Source of the DNA: an uncultured Planctomycetota bacterium | Lineage (GTDB): Bacteria; Planctomycetota; Planctomycetia; Isosphaerales; Isosphaeraceae | NCBI GenBank assembly: GCA_963845755.1 | Contig: CAWJTV010000039.1 | Location: 160,001 to 224,000, forward strand | Reading direction: 5' to 3' | DNA: 64,000 nt | Shown: positions 1-10,638 of the stretch, piece after piece | Position numbering within the stretch: position 1 is the stretch's first letter | Layout of the letters: every line of letters begins with the position of its first letter | Translations under genes and position numbers: made by a program | Notes under the pieces: model-generated | The model's input: only the letters and a program-made list of their open reading frames with translations | Databases searched by the model: none | What the model was told of the DNA's origin: nothing

Positions 1-769
1 CGGCACGAGGAACGCCGTCAAGGGGAAGGCCATCTCGTTCGGATAGAACCGCTCTTGCGGTGCCCGGTCCTTCAGTTTATCCGACGCCTCGCGGACGCCG
101 ATGAGTGGGATTCCCAGGCCGTACTGGTTGAAGTCACGGTTCAAGCCGCTAACCTCGAAATCCGAGGCCAGGAGGATCTTGTGGATGTCGGAGGTCTGCC
201 AAGGTGAATCCTGGAGGACGATCTGCAACTTCTCCTCGCGGCCGTGGAACTTGAACGGGATGACCTTTCCCTCTTGCGGCTCGATGTGCCCCTTGGTCAT
301 GGCCGCGCAGGATCAGGTGGTCAACGCTCCCGTTATAGATCTCCATCGCCTGGCGATAGCGGGGATCGGACGGACTCCGGCCCTCGACCAGCACCGGGTT
401 GGTCTCAAAGAGGTAGTCGTGCGCGTAGGCCGCCGCGTCGAGGAACCGATCGAGGGCCTGGGGCTTGCGCCATCGGTCCAGCCGGCGACCCTCGATCCAG
501 GAGAGCTCGGCCAGCGCATAGACCAGCTCGGCCTCGGGCCGACGCTGGGCGAGTTTCTCGATCCGCAGCAGCGTGTTGTTCACATCGCGCCGGTAGTCGC
601 GCTCCAGGTCGTATCGCTTGAGCGTCTCGAGGGTTCGCTCGGTCGGCCGGTCCAATGACGCGACGCTCCGATAGGACGCAGTCGCGCGGTCGCCGCGGCT
701 CGCCTGAATCTCGATGTCCGACCAGCCCAGCAGGGCCGAGACCATGACGGTGAGTTGTGCCATCGGCAT
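1..769 (-). CDS. Probable alpha/beta-hydrolase-family exported protein, N-terminal part (runs off window start; frameshift near 300)
   Basis: ORF 149..832 (ALAELSWIEG...FLDAAAYAHDYLF...DPRYRQAMEIYN) continues in another frame as ...QYGLGIPLIGVR...FYPNEMAFPLTAFL, resembling planctomycete esterase/lipase-like proteins; AAGGAG RBS before ATG 769. Confidence 0.55.
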
Positions 770-898
770 GCCGGGTCGCTCCTTTGACCCCCCGACGGGG
801 CATCGATCGGCCTCCGTGCGCGATTCGGTCACAAATCATGCCGACGAAGCCCGACGGGGTCAATCCCGATCGCGAGATCGCGACGATCGACCCGCGCG

Positions 899-1261
899 TT
901 AATATCCATCCCCGCGGAGGCCCCGGGCCACGTCCCGGCGGCCGGCTTCATAGCCATCATGGTAGCCCCGATCGAACCACTGCTCGCGGATCTCTTCCTC
1001 CCAGACCTCCATGCGCACCTCATGGTCCTCCGGCGTCGTCGCGCCAGTCCAGCGGATGAGCTGGGCCAGGCGCTCCATCTGCCGGGCCAGGAATTCGCCC
1101 GTGGCCGTCCGCCGAGCGCGGAAGGCGACCGTCTCCTGAGCGATGACCTCGGCCAGGGTCAGCGTCGAGTCGTCCCGTGGCGGCGGTGCGCGATCGAGCC
1201 GGAATGCATCCGTGGTGATCGTCACGCTTTCGCAGGTCGTGGGAAGAGTCGAAGCGATCAT
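899..1261 (-). CDS. Hypothetical protein (120 aa)
   Basis: ATG 1261 overlaps the upstream stop (ATGA); AAGGAG RBS; MIASTLPTT...GYHDGYEAGRRD. Confidence 0.65.
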   Translation of the reverse strand: MIASTLPTTCESVTITTDAFRLDRAPPPRDDSTLTLAEVIAQETVAFRARRTATGEFLARQMERLAQLIRWTGATTPEDHEVRMEVWEEEIREQWFDRGYHDGYEAGRRDVARGLRGDGY

Positions 1262-1593
1262 CGCGCCACTCCTTTGCGGTCCAGCAGGCCGAACGCGACC
1301 ATCGCCTTGATGTGCTTGCAGCCCTCGGGGTCGATGCCGTCTCGGCGAAAGATGAAGTCGGGGCAGTCGCAGGTCAGGCCGTGCACCGTGAGGGCGGCGT
1401 CGTACCCCGTCCCGTCGGTCTTGGTCAGCCGATACGCCTTCAACGCCGCGGATCCGTCCGCCCGGTTCGGATTGACCCGATAGTCCATGCCATTGATGGC
1501 AATCGTCAACCGGCAGACCGCGCGGGCCGGTCGAAGCGCCCTCGGCCGTGGCTCCGCAGAGTGAATCGTCGTCTGTGTGGCAACATCGGTCAT
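1258..1593 (-). CDS. SWIM zinc-finger protein
   Basis: CDCPDF...CKH motif (CxC-x-CxH); AAGGAG RBS at 1601-1606. Confidence 0.75.
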   Translation of the reverse strand: MTDVATQTTIHSAEPRPRALRPARAVCRLTIAINGMDYRVNPNRADGSAALKAYRLTKTDGTGYDAALTVHGLTCDCPDFIFRRDGIDPEGCKHIKAMVAFGLLDRKGVAR

Positions 1594-1659
1594 GGGTGTG
1601 CTCCTTCCCCTTGCAAGGCGGTCCACCGACCTGATCCTCGTTGAGGGACGATGGTTTTC

Positions 1660-1702
1660 TGTACTTCCGTACATTATACCAGGATGGCCGCGTGGGGATC
1701 AA
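1660..1702 (-). promoter_or_regulatory. Sigma70-type promoter with overlapping palindromic operator
   Basis: Minus strand TTGATC-18nt-TATAAT immediately followed by TGTAC-GGAA-GTACA. Confidence 0.55.
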
Positions 1703-1851
1703 CCGTTTTTCGGGAATCGCGGCGACTTCGATCCGAGCCGAGAGCTCAGATCAGCTATTCATCTTCTTCACTCTCTGGATTTTTCGTGGATTTCGTGGTT
1801 GAACTCTTCCAGGGAGAAGGGTCAAGAGCTGTGAGGGTCCGGGTCGTTTAC

Positions 1852-1991
1852 AGTCGTCCTCCGTAGGATCCCTGCCGCCGTGCCGCACCTCTGGGGATTC
1901 CGAATTCCGGATTCGAGATTCCGGATTCCCGGATCATTCCCCTTCGGGAATCGGGAATCCCGATTGGGTTGCGGCCGAAGGCCGCGTTAGG
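1852..1991. repeat. Intergenic repeat element with GGATTCC-type heptamers, copy 1
   Basis: Inverted near-copy at 5124-5275; ends in GGTTGCGGCCGAAGGCCGCGTTAGG. Confidence 0.85.
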
Positions 1992-1996
1992 CGCTC

Positions 1997-3291
1997 TTAG
2001 ATTCTGAGCAATACCCCATTCCCGGTATTCCGCGTATTCCGCACCAGGGCGAACACCGCGATCGCCGCGAGGACAGGCGCCGCGCTCGCCCCGAGCAAGA
2101 TGGGCTCAAAAGAATACTTGTCGGTGACCACTCCGATGGTGTACGTCACCGCGATCGTCACGAAGCCCGTGACCGTCCCCGCGAGCCCACTCACCGTGGC
2201 CACGGACCCGCTCTCGAACAGATCCGACGGCAACGTCAGGAAGACGGTGGCGCAGGCCGCATAGCCGAGCGTCGCCAGCCCGAATTCGGCGATCAGCAGC
2301 CAGAGCCGCGTGGTGTAAACCGCCGGTATCATGAGCAGCATCAGTGGGCCGCAGATGAGGAAGATGATCCTTCGCGGCCCCCACACTCCACCCCCGATGA
2401 ATGAAGTAGCTGGACAGGCCACCGCCCACGAAGTTCCCCAGATCCGCGCAAAGGAACGGAATCCAGAAGCCCAGGAGCGTGTCCTCGAGGTGGAACCCGC
2501 GGCTCGCCAGAAAAAGGGCGAACCAATCGGCGACCAGAAACCAGTATGGATCGAGAATCGCTTTCGCCAGGACAACGCCCCAGGTCTGCCGGTAGCGCAC
2601 GAGACTCGACACCGGGGCGCGTCGGGCGCCAGGGTCTCAGCTCCGCCCGAGCGCCCCTGAGAATCATGGCCCGCTCGGAATCGCTGATGTGGGGATGATC
2701 CTCCGGCCGGTGATACGTCGCCATCCAGGCGAGTAGCCAGAGAAACCCCAGCGCACCCGTGATCAGAAACGCGGGACGCCAGGTGCCGAACACGTGAAAG
2801 AGCCACACCACGAGCACCGGCGCAACGGCCGCTCCGATCGCCGAGCCGCTATCGAACAGCGCCACCGCGATGCCACGTTCTCGAGCCGGAAACCATTCCG
2901 AGACGGCCTTGGTCGCGGCGGGCCAGTTCGCCGCCTCGCCGGCGCCCAACAAGAACCGGAACGTGCAAAAGCTCCCGAGGCCATTGGCCAACGATGTCAG
3001 CATGGCCATCACCGAATACCACGCCACCGCAATGCCCAAGCCGCTCCGGGTGCCCAGCACATCGACCAGGCGACCCCCGATGAGCTGCACGACGGCATAC
3101 GAGACGCGAAACGCGATCACGATCAAGGCGAAATCTCTGTTGGTCCAGTGATATTCGGCCTTCAGGTAGGGCGCCAGCACGTTGAGCGTCTGTCGATCGA
3201 TGTAATTGATGACGGTGGAGGCAAAGAGCAACCCTCCGATCCACCAGCGCAAACCCGGAACCTCGAAACGAGGAGAGCGAGAGTGCCTCAC
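1997..3291 (-). CDS. MFS transporter, hexuronate (ExuT/ACS) family; frameshifted near 2600-2660 and 2370
   Basis: [47 protein letters not shown]-terminal helices in adjacent frames. Confidence 0.85.
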
Positions 3292-3362
3292 AGGGGATCT
3301 CCGGGAGGGCCGGGTGGCCGGAAGGCTGGATTATCCTTCCGGGGACTCGGCGTGGCTGAAAA

Positions 3363-3424
3363 GCTGTTTCAAAACGGGGACAGGCACCTCGAAGACTCGG
3401 AGCCAGTCCCCGTTTTGAAACAGC
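3363..3424. repeat. REP-like palindrome GTTTCAAAACGGGGAC...GTCCCCGTTTTGAAAC, copy 1
   Basis: Perfect terminal inverted arms; further copies at 61755 and 63181. Confidence 0.9.
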
Positions 3425-3433
3425 CTGTTATGG

Positions 3434-4204
3434 TCACGCCGAGGCGGCGGTCTGGGCGGCCGTCCAGGCGAGGTACTGGTGAATCACGTCCTCGACGGGC
3501 CCGTCGGCGACGAGCTGGCCGTGCTGGATCCACAGGCCCCGCGTGCAGAACTCGCGCAGGGCGTTGAGGTCGTGGGAGACGAGGATCAGGGCGTGGGTTC
3601 GCTGGACGAGGTTGTGGAGCCGTGCGCGGGCCTTCTCCAGGAATGCGGCGTCGCCGACGCCCAGCGCCTCGTCGATGAGCAAGATATCCGGATTGACCTC
3701 GGTGGCGATGGCGAAGGCCAGCCGCATGTACATCCCGCTGGAGTAGTACTTCAGGGGCATCTCGGCGAACTCGCGCAACCCGGTGAACTCGTAGATCCCG
3801 GCCGCCTTTTCGAGCATCTCGCTCCGGCTGAACCCGAGCATGGCGCCGTTGAACACGATGTTGTCGGCGCCGGAGAGCTCCGGATTGAAGCCGGCGCCCA
3901 TCTCGATCAGGGGGGCGACGCTCCCGCGGATCGACACCCGTCCCGAAGTGGGCGGATAGATCCGCGCCAGCAGGCGCAGGAGCGTGCTCTTGCCGGCGCC
4001 GTTGCCGCCGATCACGCCGACCCGCTCCCCCTTGACGATATTCAAGGTGATGTGGCTCAGCGCCCAGAACTCGGACCGCGGTCCCAGCGACTCGCGGCGC
4101 AGGACCAGGTCGAGCACCGCCCGCTTGAGCGAATACTGCTTATCGGCGTAGTTCACGAAGCGGAGCGAGACATCGTTCAGCTCGATCAGCGGGGACGCGG
4201 TCGT
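3434..4204 (-). CDS. wzt: Polysaccharide ABC exporter ATP-binding subunit (Wzt/TagH family)
   Basis: Walker A GGNGAGKS, YSSGMYMRLAFA signature, LLIDE; start codon uncertain. Confidence 0.9.
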   Translation of the reverse strand, partial: TTASPLIELNDVSLRFVNYADKQYSLKRAVLDLVLRRESLGPRSEFWALSHITLNIVKGERVGVIGGNGAGKSTLLRLLARIYPPTSGRVSIRGSVAPLIEMGAGFNPELSGADNIVFNGAMLGFSRSEMLEKAAGIYEFTGLREFAEMPLKYYSSGMYMRLAFAIATEVNPDILLIDEALGVGDAAFLEKARARLHNLVQRTHALILVSHDLNALREFCTRGLWIQHGQLVADGPVEDVIHQYLAWTAAQTAASA

Positions 4205-4236
4205 GGGATGCTGCTGCGCGGGTGCCCCGCCGCCGA

Positions 4237-5109
4237 TCAGAGTCGGAAGACCATCTTGTCTTCGTGCGACTTGAATATGGCATAACCGACTCCCAGGCTG
4301 GCCGCCGCGATCGCGGCCGACATCGACCACAGCCCCAAACCGGGCCATTGTCCCGCGTACAACACGTCGTGGAACAGCTCGATAAAGTAGTAGGCCGGAT
4401 TGAGCCAGAAGATCCACTGGGCATTGTCCGGAAAACGGCTCGTCGGATAGAGGATGGGCGTGAGGAAATACCAGGCCTGCAAGAACACGGAGATCAGATG
4501 GCCGCAGTCGCGATAGAACGTGTTGGCCGTCGCGACGATCAGGCTCAGGCCCAGCGTGAAGATCGCGAACAGGGCGATCACGACCGGCAACGCCAGCATC
4601 GACCACGAGGGGAGCGCCCCGAGCGGCAACAGCATCAGGAACATCGCACCCAGCGAGAAGACGAAGGTCACCAGGGCGATCAGCACCCGAGACAACGGGA
4701 AAACCAGCTTCGGGATGTAGATCTTCCGGATCAGTCCCTCGTTGGCGATGATGCACATGGCACTGTCGTTGAGGCTGACGCTCAGGAGGCTCCAGGGGAC
4801 CATCCCGGCCAGCAGGAACAGCGTAAAGTGCGGGTCGTCCGTCTTGAGCAGATGGGAGAAGACCAGGGAAAGCGTGGCCAGCATCAAGAGCGGGTTGAGC
4901 AGCGTCCAGAAGAACCCGAGGATGGACCGCTGGTAGCGGACGCGCAGCTCCTGGACGACCATGTTCTGGACGACCGGCCAGAACCGCACGAGTTGAAGGC
5001 GATCCTCGGCCAGCCGCGCCCTCCAGAGGCTCGGCCCGCGCGGCGTCGGCGGCGGCGGAAAGAACTCCGCGTGCGGCACCCTGGCACCGGGGCTCGTGCG
5101 AACATCCAT
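4237..5109 (-). CDS. wzm: Polysaccharide ABC exporter permease (Wzm family)
   Basis: ELRVRYQRSILGFFWTLLNP, YFLTPILYP, WLNP; next to wzt. Confidence 0.9.
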   Translation of the reverse strand: MDVRTSPGARVPHAEFFPPPPTPRGPSLWRARLAEDRLQLVRFWPVVQNMVVQELRVRYQRSILGFFWTLLNPLLMLATLSLVFSHLLKTDDPHFTLFLLAGMVPWSLLSVSLNDSAMCIIANEGLIRKIYIPKLVFPLSRVLIALVTFVFSLGAMFLMLLPLGALPSWSMLALPVVIALFAIFTLGLSLIVATANTFYRDCGHLISVFLQAWYFLTPILYPTSRFPDNAQWIFWLNPAYYFIELFHDVLYAGQWPGLGLWSMSAAIAAASLGVGYAIFKSHEDKMVFRL

Positions 5110-5123
5110 ATCCGAAAGGATCC

Positions 5124-5275
5124 CCTAACGCGGCCTTCGGCCGCAACCCAATCGGGATTCCCGATTCGAGATTCCGGATTCCCGAAGGGGAAGGATCCGG
5201 GAATCCGGAATCGCGAATCCGGAATTCGGAATCCCCAGATGCGCGCACGGCGCAGGGATCCTACGGAGGACGACT
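5124..5275. repeat. Intergenic repeat element, copy 2 (inverted relative to 1852-1991)
   Basis: CCTAACGCGGCCTTCGGCCGCAACC...CAGGGATCCTACGGAGGACGACT. Confidence 0.85.
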
Positions 5276-5400
5276 CTACATCCCACCGCATCGAGCCCGA
5301 TCGGGATTCGACCCGACCCTGACCGCGCGGCGAGGCATCTTACGGACAAGGCCCGCTTCACGGAAGGTCAACCCGCGCGATCGGCGGACGCCTCTCGCGA

Positions 5401-7285
5401 TCAATCGCTATCCGGCTGCCGGGAGACGGTTCGGACGCCGATCCGGGTCGCCAACCGGATCTTCTGACGGCCGGGCAGCGCCTTGATGTACTGGGATCGC
5501 AACGCGCCCAGCCATCGCATTTCGCGCCCCTCGTAACTTACGATGACCTGGGTGAGTACGGGACCGGGGCAAGCTAGGGCGCGCTGGATACCCTGGAGTA
5601 CATCGGCATTACTGGCGATCTGGTTGAAGGTCAAGCCGACCGACTGGGCGAATGCCGCGAAGTCGATGCGGGCGATGTCGGTGGCGGTGGTGCGGCGGTA
5701 GACGGGCTCCTGGAGCATCTGCATGTAGTGATAGGCGCCATCGTCGAAGACGAAGAACTTGACCGGCAGGCCGGCCCGGGCGGCCGTGGACATCTCGATG
5801 GCCGACATCAGGAAGCAGCCGTCGCCCGTGACGCAGACGACCTGACGATCCGGGCAGACTCGCTGCGCGCCGAGGGCCGCCGGGATCGCCCAGCCCATGC
5901 TCTGGTTGTTCGCCGGGGTGAAGTAACGGCGCGGGGACTGGACCTCGATGGTTTCGGACGCCCAGTGAGTGGATGCGGTCACGTCAACGAATATCAGCTC
6001 CTCGGGACCCAGCCCGGTCCGCAAGTTCCCGAGGAAGAACAGCGGGTCCACGCACGGCTCGACCCGGACCGTGACCGCCTCACACCGGTCGAACCTGCCG
6101 CCACTTGTGGATATCCTGCCAGAGTTTAGGGCAGGGGGGGCGTCGGATCGCACCGCCGTCGGCGAGGAGCCGGTCGAGGAAGATGCGGGCATCGGCACAG
6201 AGGCATACATGCGTGGGCACGTTTCGGCCGAGGTTCTGCGGGTTGATGTCAACGTGGATCAACGTCCCCGGCTGAGGGATGGCGTAGTTGGCCGTCGAGA
6301 CCTCGCTGTAGCGGACGCCGATGGCCAGCACGAGATCGACGTCGCGGAACGCCGCCTCGGCGGCGCGGGTCCCTTGCCGGCCATATCCCCAGCCGACGGC
6401 CAGGGGATGCGCATCGGGGATGCACCCCTTGCCGCTGACCGACGTGGCCACAGGCGCCTGGAGGAGCTCGGCGACCGCGGCCAGTGCGGGGGCGGCCTCG
6501 ATGCACCCCAGGCCCGCGTAGATCCCGACTCGCCGCCGACGGTCGGCCAGATGGGCGAGGGCCTGGCTATAGGCGGCCTCGTCGAAGGGCACGGGATAGG
6601 GCGGGGGAACCGGCTGGTCGTAGTCCCAAACCTCTTGATACAGGGGATACGGAATGATCACCGCGGCCGGTCCCGGCTCGCCCGATCGGGCCAGCCGGAA
6701 CGCCTGGAAGAGGGCGCCGGGGATCTCGGCCTGGTGCCGGACCTCGATCAGACCCTTGACGACCGGTCGCACGATGGCGGCATTGGCCAGCCCGTGCACC
6801 TGGCCGACGGGCGCGTGGGCCGAGCGATCGATGTCGGTAATGATGCCGACGACCGGGATGCTATCGTAGAGCGCCTCGCCGAGGCCGGTCATGGCGTTGG
6901 TCAGTCCGGGGCCGGGCACGACGGCGAAGGCACCCACTGCGCCGGTGGCGCGCGAGGCGGCGTCGGCCATCACGCTGGCCGAGAATTCGTGCGCGACCAG
7001 CAGATAGGGGACCCGGCGGGCCTTCAGGGCATCCCACAGCTCGTTGTTCTGGGCGCCGGGGATGCCGAAGACGCAGGGGACACACTCGCAGGCCAGTGCG
7101 GCGGCGACCGCCTGGGCACCGGTCATCTTGCCCTGTACGCCCGAGCGTTTTACGAATCGGCCCAGCTCGACCGGGCCGGCCCGCGCCGTCGCGGGCGGTC
7201 CCCCGGCGAGCGCCGCCACGGTCGCGATCGCCCCCGCCGCGCCGCCTGCGCCCAGGATTTCCCGCCGGTTGACCTGCGGTGACAC
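5401..7285 (-). CDS. Thiamine diphosphate-dependent enzyme (acetolactate synthase large-subunit-like) with twin-arginine leader; frameshift near 6085
   Basis: VFGIPGAQN, HEFSASVMA, VPGPGLTN, GDGCF ThDP motif; N-terminus NRREILG. Confidence 0.85.
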
Positions 7286-7440
7286 GGGGTGATGCCTCCT
7301 TGCCGGCTCGGGTCAGCCTCTCCGTCCTGCGCCGGCCGGTTCCGTCGCGAGAATGCTGTCTCTTTAACCGTCCCCATCGGCCGTGTCTGGTAGGTTTCAC
7401 CCACCCGACAAGGCTCGGATGCCATCCTCGGCCCGTCTCT

Positions 7441-7725
7441 TAGAGCGCTTTACCGATGGGTTGCGCACGCAAACAGCGGATCTTCTGCGGCCTGAAGGGC
7501 CGCCGGAGCCCAGCCCGGGGTGGAAACCCCGGGACTCGGTCGCACCGCCCCGACGGGTGCACCCTGAAGGGGTGCTGGCGGGGGTCTCCTGCGGCCCTAC
7601 AGGCCGCTCGGATGCGGGTTTGCTGTCGGACCCCGGGTTTCACCCGGGGCTGGGCTCCGGCGGCCTTTCAGGCCGCAGATGATCGGCTAGCCTCGTGTGC
7701 GCAACGCAAGCGTGATGCGCTCTAA
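7441..7725. repeat. Long nested palindromic repeat (CCTGAAGGGC...CCTTTCAGG family)
   Basis: TTAGAGCGC...GCGCTCTAA termini and an internal ~45-bp inverted arm pair. Confidence 0.8.
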
Positions 7726-7926
7726 CCGTCTCGATCGGTCGGTCGGTTCGCAAGGCTGCCGTGAGGATATCGGCGGGCCGACGGCGACTCCTTCGCCCGG
7801 GGACGCCCCCTTTCGAGCCGGATCGCCCGGCGACGACCGGATCATCCGCACAATTGGCCTCAACCGGCAGGATCCCAGCCGCCGGGTCGGTGGCGCAGAA
7901 TCGGATATTCCGGGATCCGGGATCGT

Positions 7927-8817
7927 TCAGGCGACGACGCAATCGCGGCCGTCGCGCTTGGCTTGATAGAGCCGCTCGTCGGCCCGCTTGATCAACTCCA
8001 GGGGGGACACGACATCGTTCCCCTGGATCGAGGCCACCCCCAGGCTGATCGTGACCTCGTACTCGCGACCCTCGAAGATGAACGGCTGTCTCTTCACGGT
8101 CCGTCGGAGTTGATCGGACAGTGCGGCTGCCGTGGCCTGGTCCGCTTCGGTCAGGACCGCCACGAATTCCTCGCCGCCGTAGCGGGCCAGCAGATCGTCC
8201 TTGCAGATCTCCGACCGGAGGCGGCCTGCCAGTTCGCGCAACGTCAGGTCTCCGGCCAGGTGGCCCATCGTGTCGTTGATCGACTTGAAGTGATCGATAT
8301 CGAAGAGGATCAGGGCCAGCGGTCGGCTGTACCGCGCCGAGCGGTCGATCTCCCGCTGGAGGTAGTCCAACAAGTAGCGCTTGTTGTACAGGCCGGTCAG
8401 GGCGTCGAGGATCGCCAGCCGGTACAGCTCCTCGTGGTATTCGGCCTCAACATTGCCGCCGGCCAGGAAACGATACAGGCAGTTGCCGACGCGGACGTAG
8501 TCGCCATCGGCCAGGGGAGTCCGACGCGCGGGCGTGTCGTTGACGAAGGACCCGTTGGTGCTGTCCAGGTCCGTGACGAGATAACCGTCGATGTCCAGGT
8601 CGAACCGCACATGGCGGCGCGAGACCGAGTGATCGACCACGGTGATATCACAGTCATCGCCGCGGCCCAGGACGATCGTTTCGTTCCCCAGGAGGTGGCG
8701 GGTGCCCATGGCCAACCCGGTCGGGTAAATATGGACCAGGCAGGCATTCCTGCAGGTTCGGGATAGAGGTCGCTTCGACTCGACCTGCTGCGTCACAGGC
8801 TGGATTCTCATGGCCAT
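7927..8817 (-). CDS. FHA-domain diguanylate cyclase
   Basis: FHA (LGR...SVSRRH...DLDSTNGSFVN) plus GGDEF (DALTGLYN, DIDHFKSIND, RYGGEEF). Confidence 0.95.
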   Translation of the reverse strand: MAMRIQPVTQQVESKRPLSRTCRNACLVHIYPTGLAMGTRHLLGNETIVLGRGDDCDITVVDHSVSRRHVRFDLDIDGYLVTDLDSTNGSFVNDTPARRTPLADGDYVRVGNCLYRFLAGGNVEAEYHEELYRLAILDALTGLYNKRYLLDYLQREIDRSARYSRPLALILFDIDHFKSINDTMGHLAGDLTLRELAGRLRSEICKDDLLARYGGEEFVAVLTEADQATAAALSDQLRRTVKRQPFIFEGREYEVTISLGVASIQGNDVVSPLELIKRADERLYQAKRDGRDCVVA

Positions 8818-8921
8818 CCCTCACACCCAACGGCCGATGCGGAACGCTTCCCTCCGGATGACCGACCGATCGAGCCCAGTGATTGTGGTGTCCCCACCCA
8901 AGTCTAGATCATGAGTGGCGA

Positions 8922-10607
8922 TCAACGGCGGGGATAATGGGGAGAGTAACCACTTTCCGGGGCGTGGAGGGCGAACCAGACCGATTCCCCAACCCCGCGC
9001 GCCTCGATGGAATAGATCCGTTCTCGGGTGCGGAAGAAGGCGTCGATGACGGCCCGATCCCACTGGCGATCCCGGCCGAGGGCCAGGTTCTGTTCAATCT
9101 GCTCGCGTGCCAGCGGGGCCCGGTAGGGACGGGCCGTGCTCATGGCATCATAGCTGTCCGCGACCGCCAGGATCCGCGCCAGCAGGGGGATCGATTCCCC
9201 TTTCAGGCCGTGGGGATATCCCGTGCCGTCATAGCGCTCGTGGTGAGAAAGGACCGAAGGCAACAGGTGGGAAATCCCGCCGAAACCCTCGAGGATCCGG
9301 CATCCGATCAGGACGTGCTGGGTGATCTGCAAGAATTCCTCGGACGTGAGCGACCCGCGCTTGCCGAGGACGGAATCGGCGACGCCGATCTTGCCGATGT
9401 CGTGGAGCAGGCCGGCGAGGTAGACGTCCCCCAACTCCGCCTCGGGCAGACCCAGCTCGCGAGCCAGCTCGACGGCGACCCGCGCCACGCGTTCGCTGTG
9501 GCCGCACGTGTACGGATCCTTGGCGTCGATGGCCGCGGTCAGGGAGCGGACCAGCCCCGCGAAGAGGTCCTGGACCTGGGATTGACGGCGCGCGCTGCGC
9601 GCGTGCAGTCCCAGCAGCGACGCGAAGGGCCTCAGGAGGGCCAGGTCGATGCGACGGAAGGGGACGATGGCCGGGCCATTGCTGCGAGGCGGATAAGGCG
9701 CGGTGGCGGGTCGTTCGGCTCCCGCGGCCGGCCCGTCCCGTTCCGGCGATCGATCCGAGGGGGCTTCTTCGTTCTTGTTCAGGGCGATCAGCCAGCCGCC
9801 GGCGTTCTTGTCAACGACGGACAGGGCCATCAGGCTGATGATCCCCGGGAACCGATCTCCCAGTCCGCTCAGCGGGGCCTCGTTGAGGATCAGGTATCCC
9901 GAGGGATCCCACTCGGGGTTTCGCGCGATCCATCGAGCCAGCTCGCGGCTATCCCGGGCGGAGGGACGGCGGGCTCCCTGGATGACGACCGTTTCGCTCT
10001 CCTGCGATGGCACCCAGATCAGAGTCTCCGCGCGAAGCAGGGCCGCGGCTCGCCGAAGGATGCGGTCCGGATCGGTGCTCGATATCCCGGGGCTTCCCAG
10101 GCTGGTCAGGAGGTCGGTCAGCTCCCGAGACCCCTCCAGGAGGGTCTTGAGCTGCTGAGCGTGGAGCGGGTCGCTCCGGTGCGGCATCATCGAGCCGCCC
10201 GTGAACGATAACCGGGAGTGGACCGCCTGGAGCCATTTCTGGATGCGTGCCTGCTCCAGACGAGCGGCCTGAGCGGTTCGGGCCAGGGCGGGGAGGTCGC
10301 CGATCGCAACCAGCGTCGTCCCATCGGCCTCCTGGATCGGCAGCACCAGCCGAAAGCACTCGACGCTCCTGAGGCTGACATGGGGTCGTCCCTCGGCGGC
10401 GATCGCCAGGATTTCCGGCGAGACGCCTGGCTGGGGCGCGGCCGGCGATCCGCTCGCATCCCCGTCGCCGAGTGGCTCTCCGGTCGAGCCATCGTAGAAC
10501 GAGAAGGGCGTGGAGAACTCTTCATGCAGGGCCAGGGATAGCGCCTTGACGCGATCGTCCGTGATCGTGCGGCGGTCCCGGACAACGGGGTTACGGAGCC
10601 CTAACAT
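8922..10607 (-). CDS. HD-GYP c-di-GMP phosphodiesterase
   Basis: DAKDPYTCGHSERV, LLHDIGKIG, HHERYDGTGYP, ILAVADSYDAM; true end may be 8821 via a frameshift. Confidence 0.9.
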   Translation of the reverse strand: MLGLRNPVVRDRRTITDDRVKALSLALHEEFSTPFSFYDGSTGEPLGDGDASGSPAAPQPGVSPEILAIAAEGRPHVSLRSVECFRLVLPIQEADGTTLVAIGDLPALARTAQAARLEQARIQKWLQAVHSRLSFTGGSMMPHRSDPLHAQQLKTLLEGSRELTDLLTSLGSPGISSTDPDRILRRAAALLRAETLIWVPSQESETVVIQGARRPSARDSRELARWIARNPEWDPSGYLILNEAPLSGLGDRFPGIISLMALSVVDKNAGGWLIALNKNEEAPSDRSPERDGPAAGAERPATAPYPPRSNGPAIVPFRRIDLALLRPFASLLGLHARSARRQSQVQDLFAGLVRSLTAAIDAKDPYTCGHSERVARVAVELARELGLPEAELGDVYLAGLLHDIGKIGVADSVLGKRGSLTSEEFLQITQHVLIGCRILEGFGGISHLLPSVLSHHERYDGTGYPHGLKGESIPLLARILAVADSYDAMSTARPYRAPLAREQIEQNLALGRDRQWDRAVIDAFFRTRERIYSIEARGVGESVWFALHAPESGYSPHYPRR

Positions 10608-10638
10608 CTTGATTTCCCGAACAGATTGGTCGCCGGTG

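Noticed and set aside
4202..4204. ACG as a non-canonical start for wzt
   Set aside because: Cannot be distinguished from a base error for ATG.
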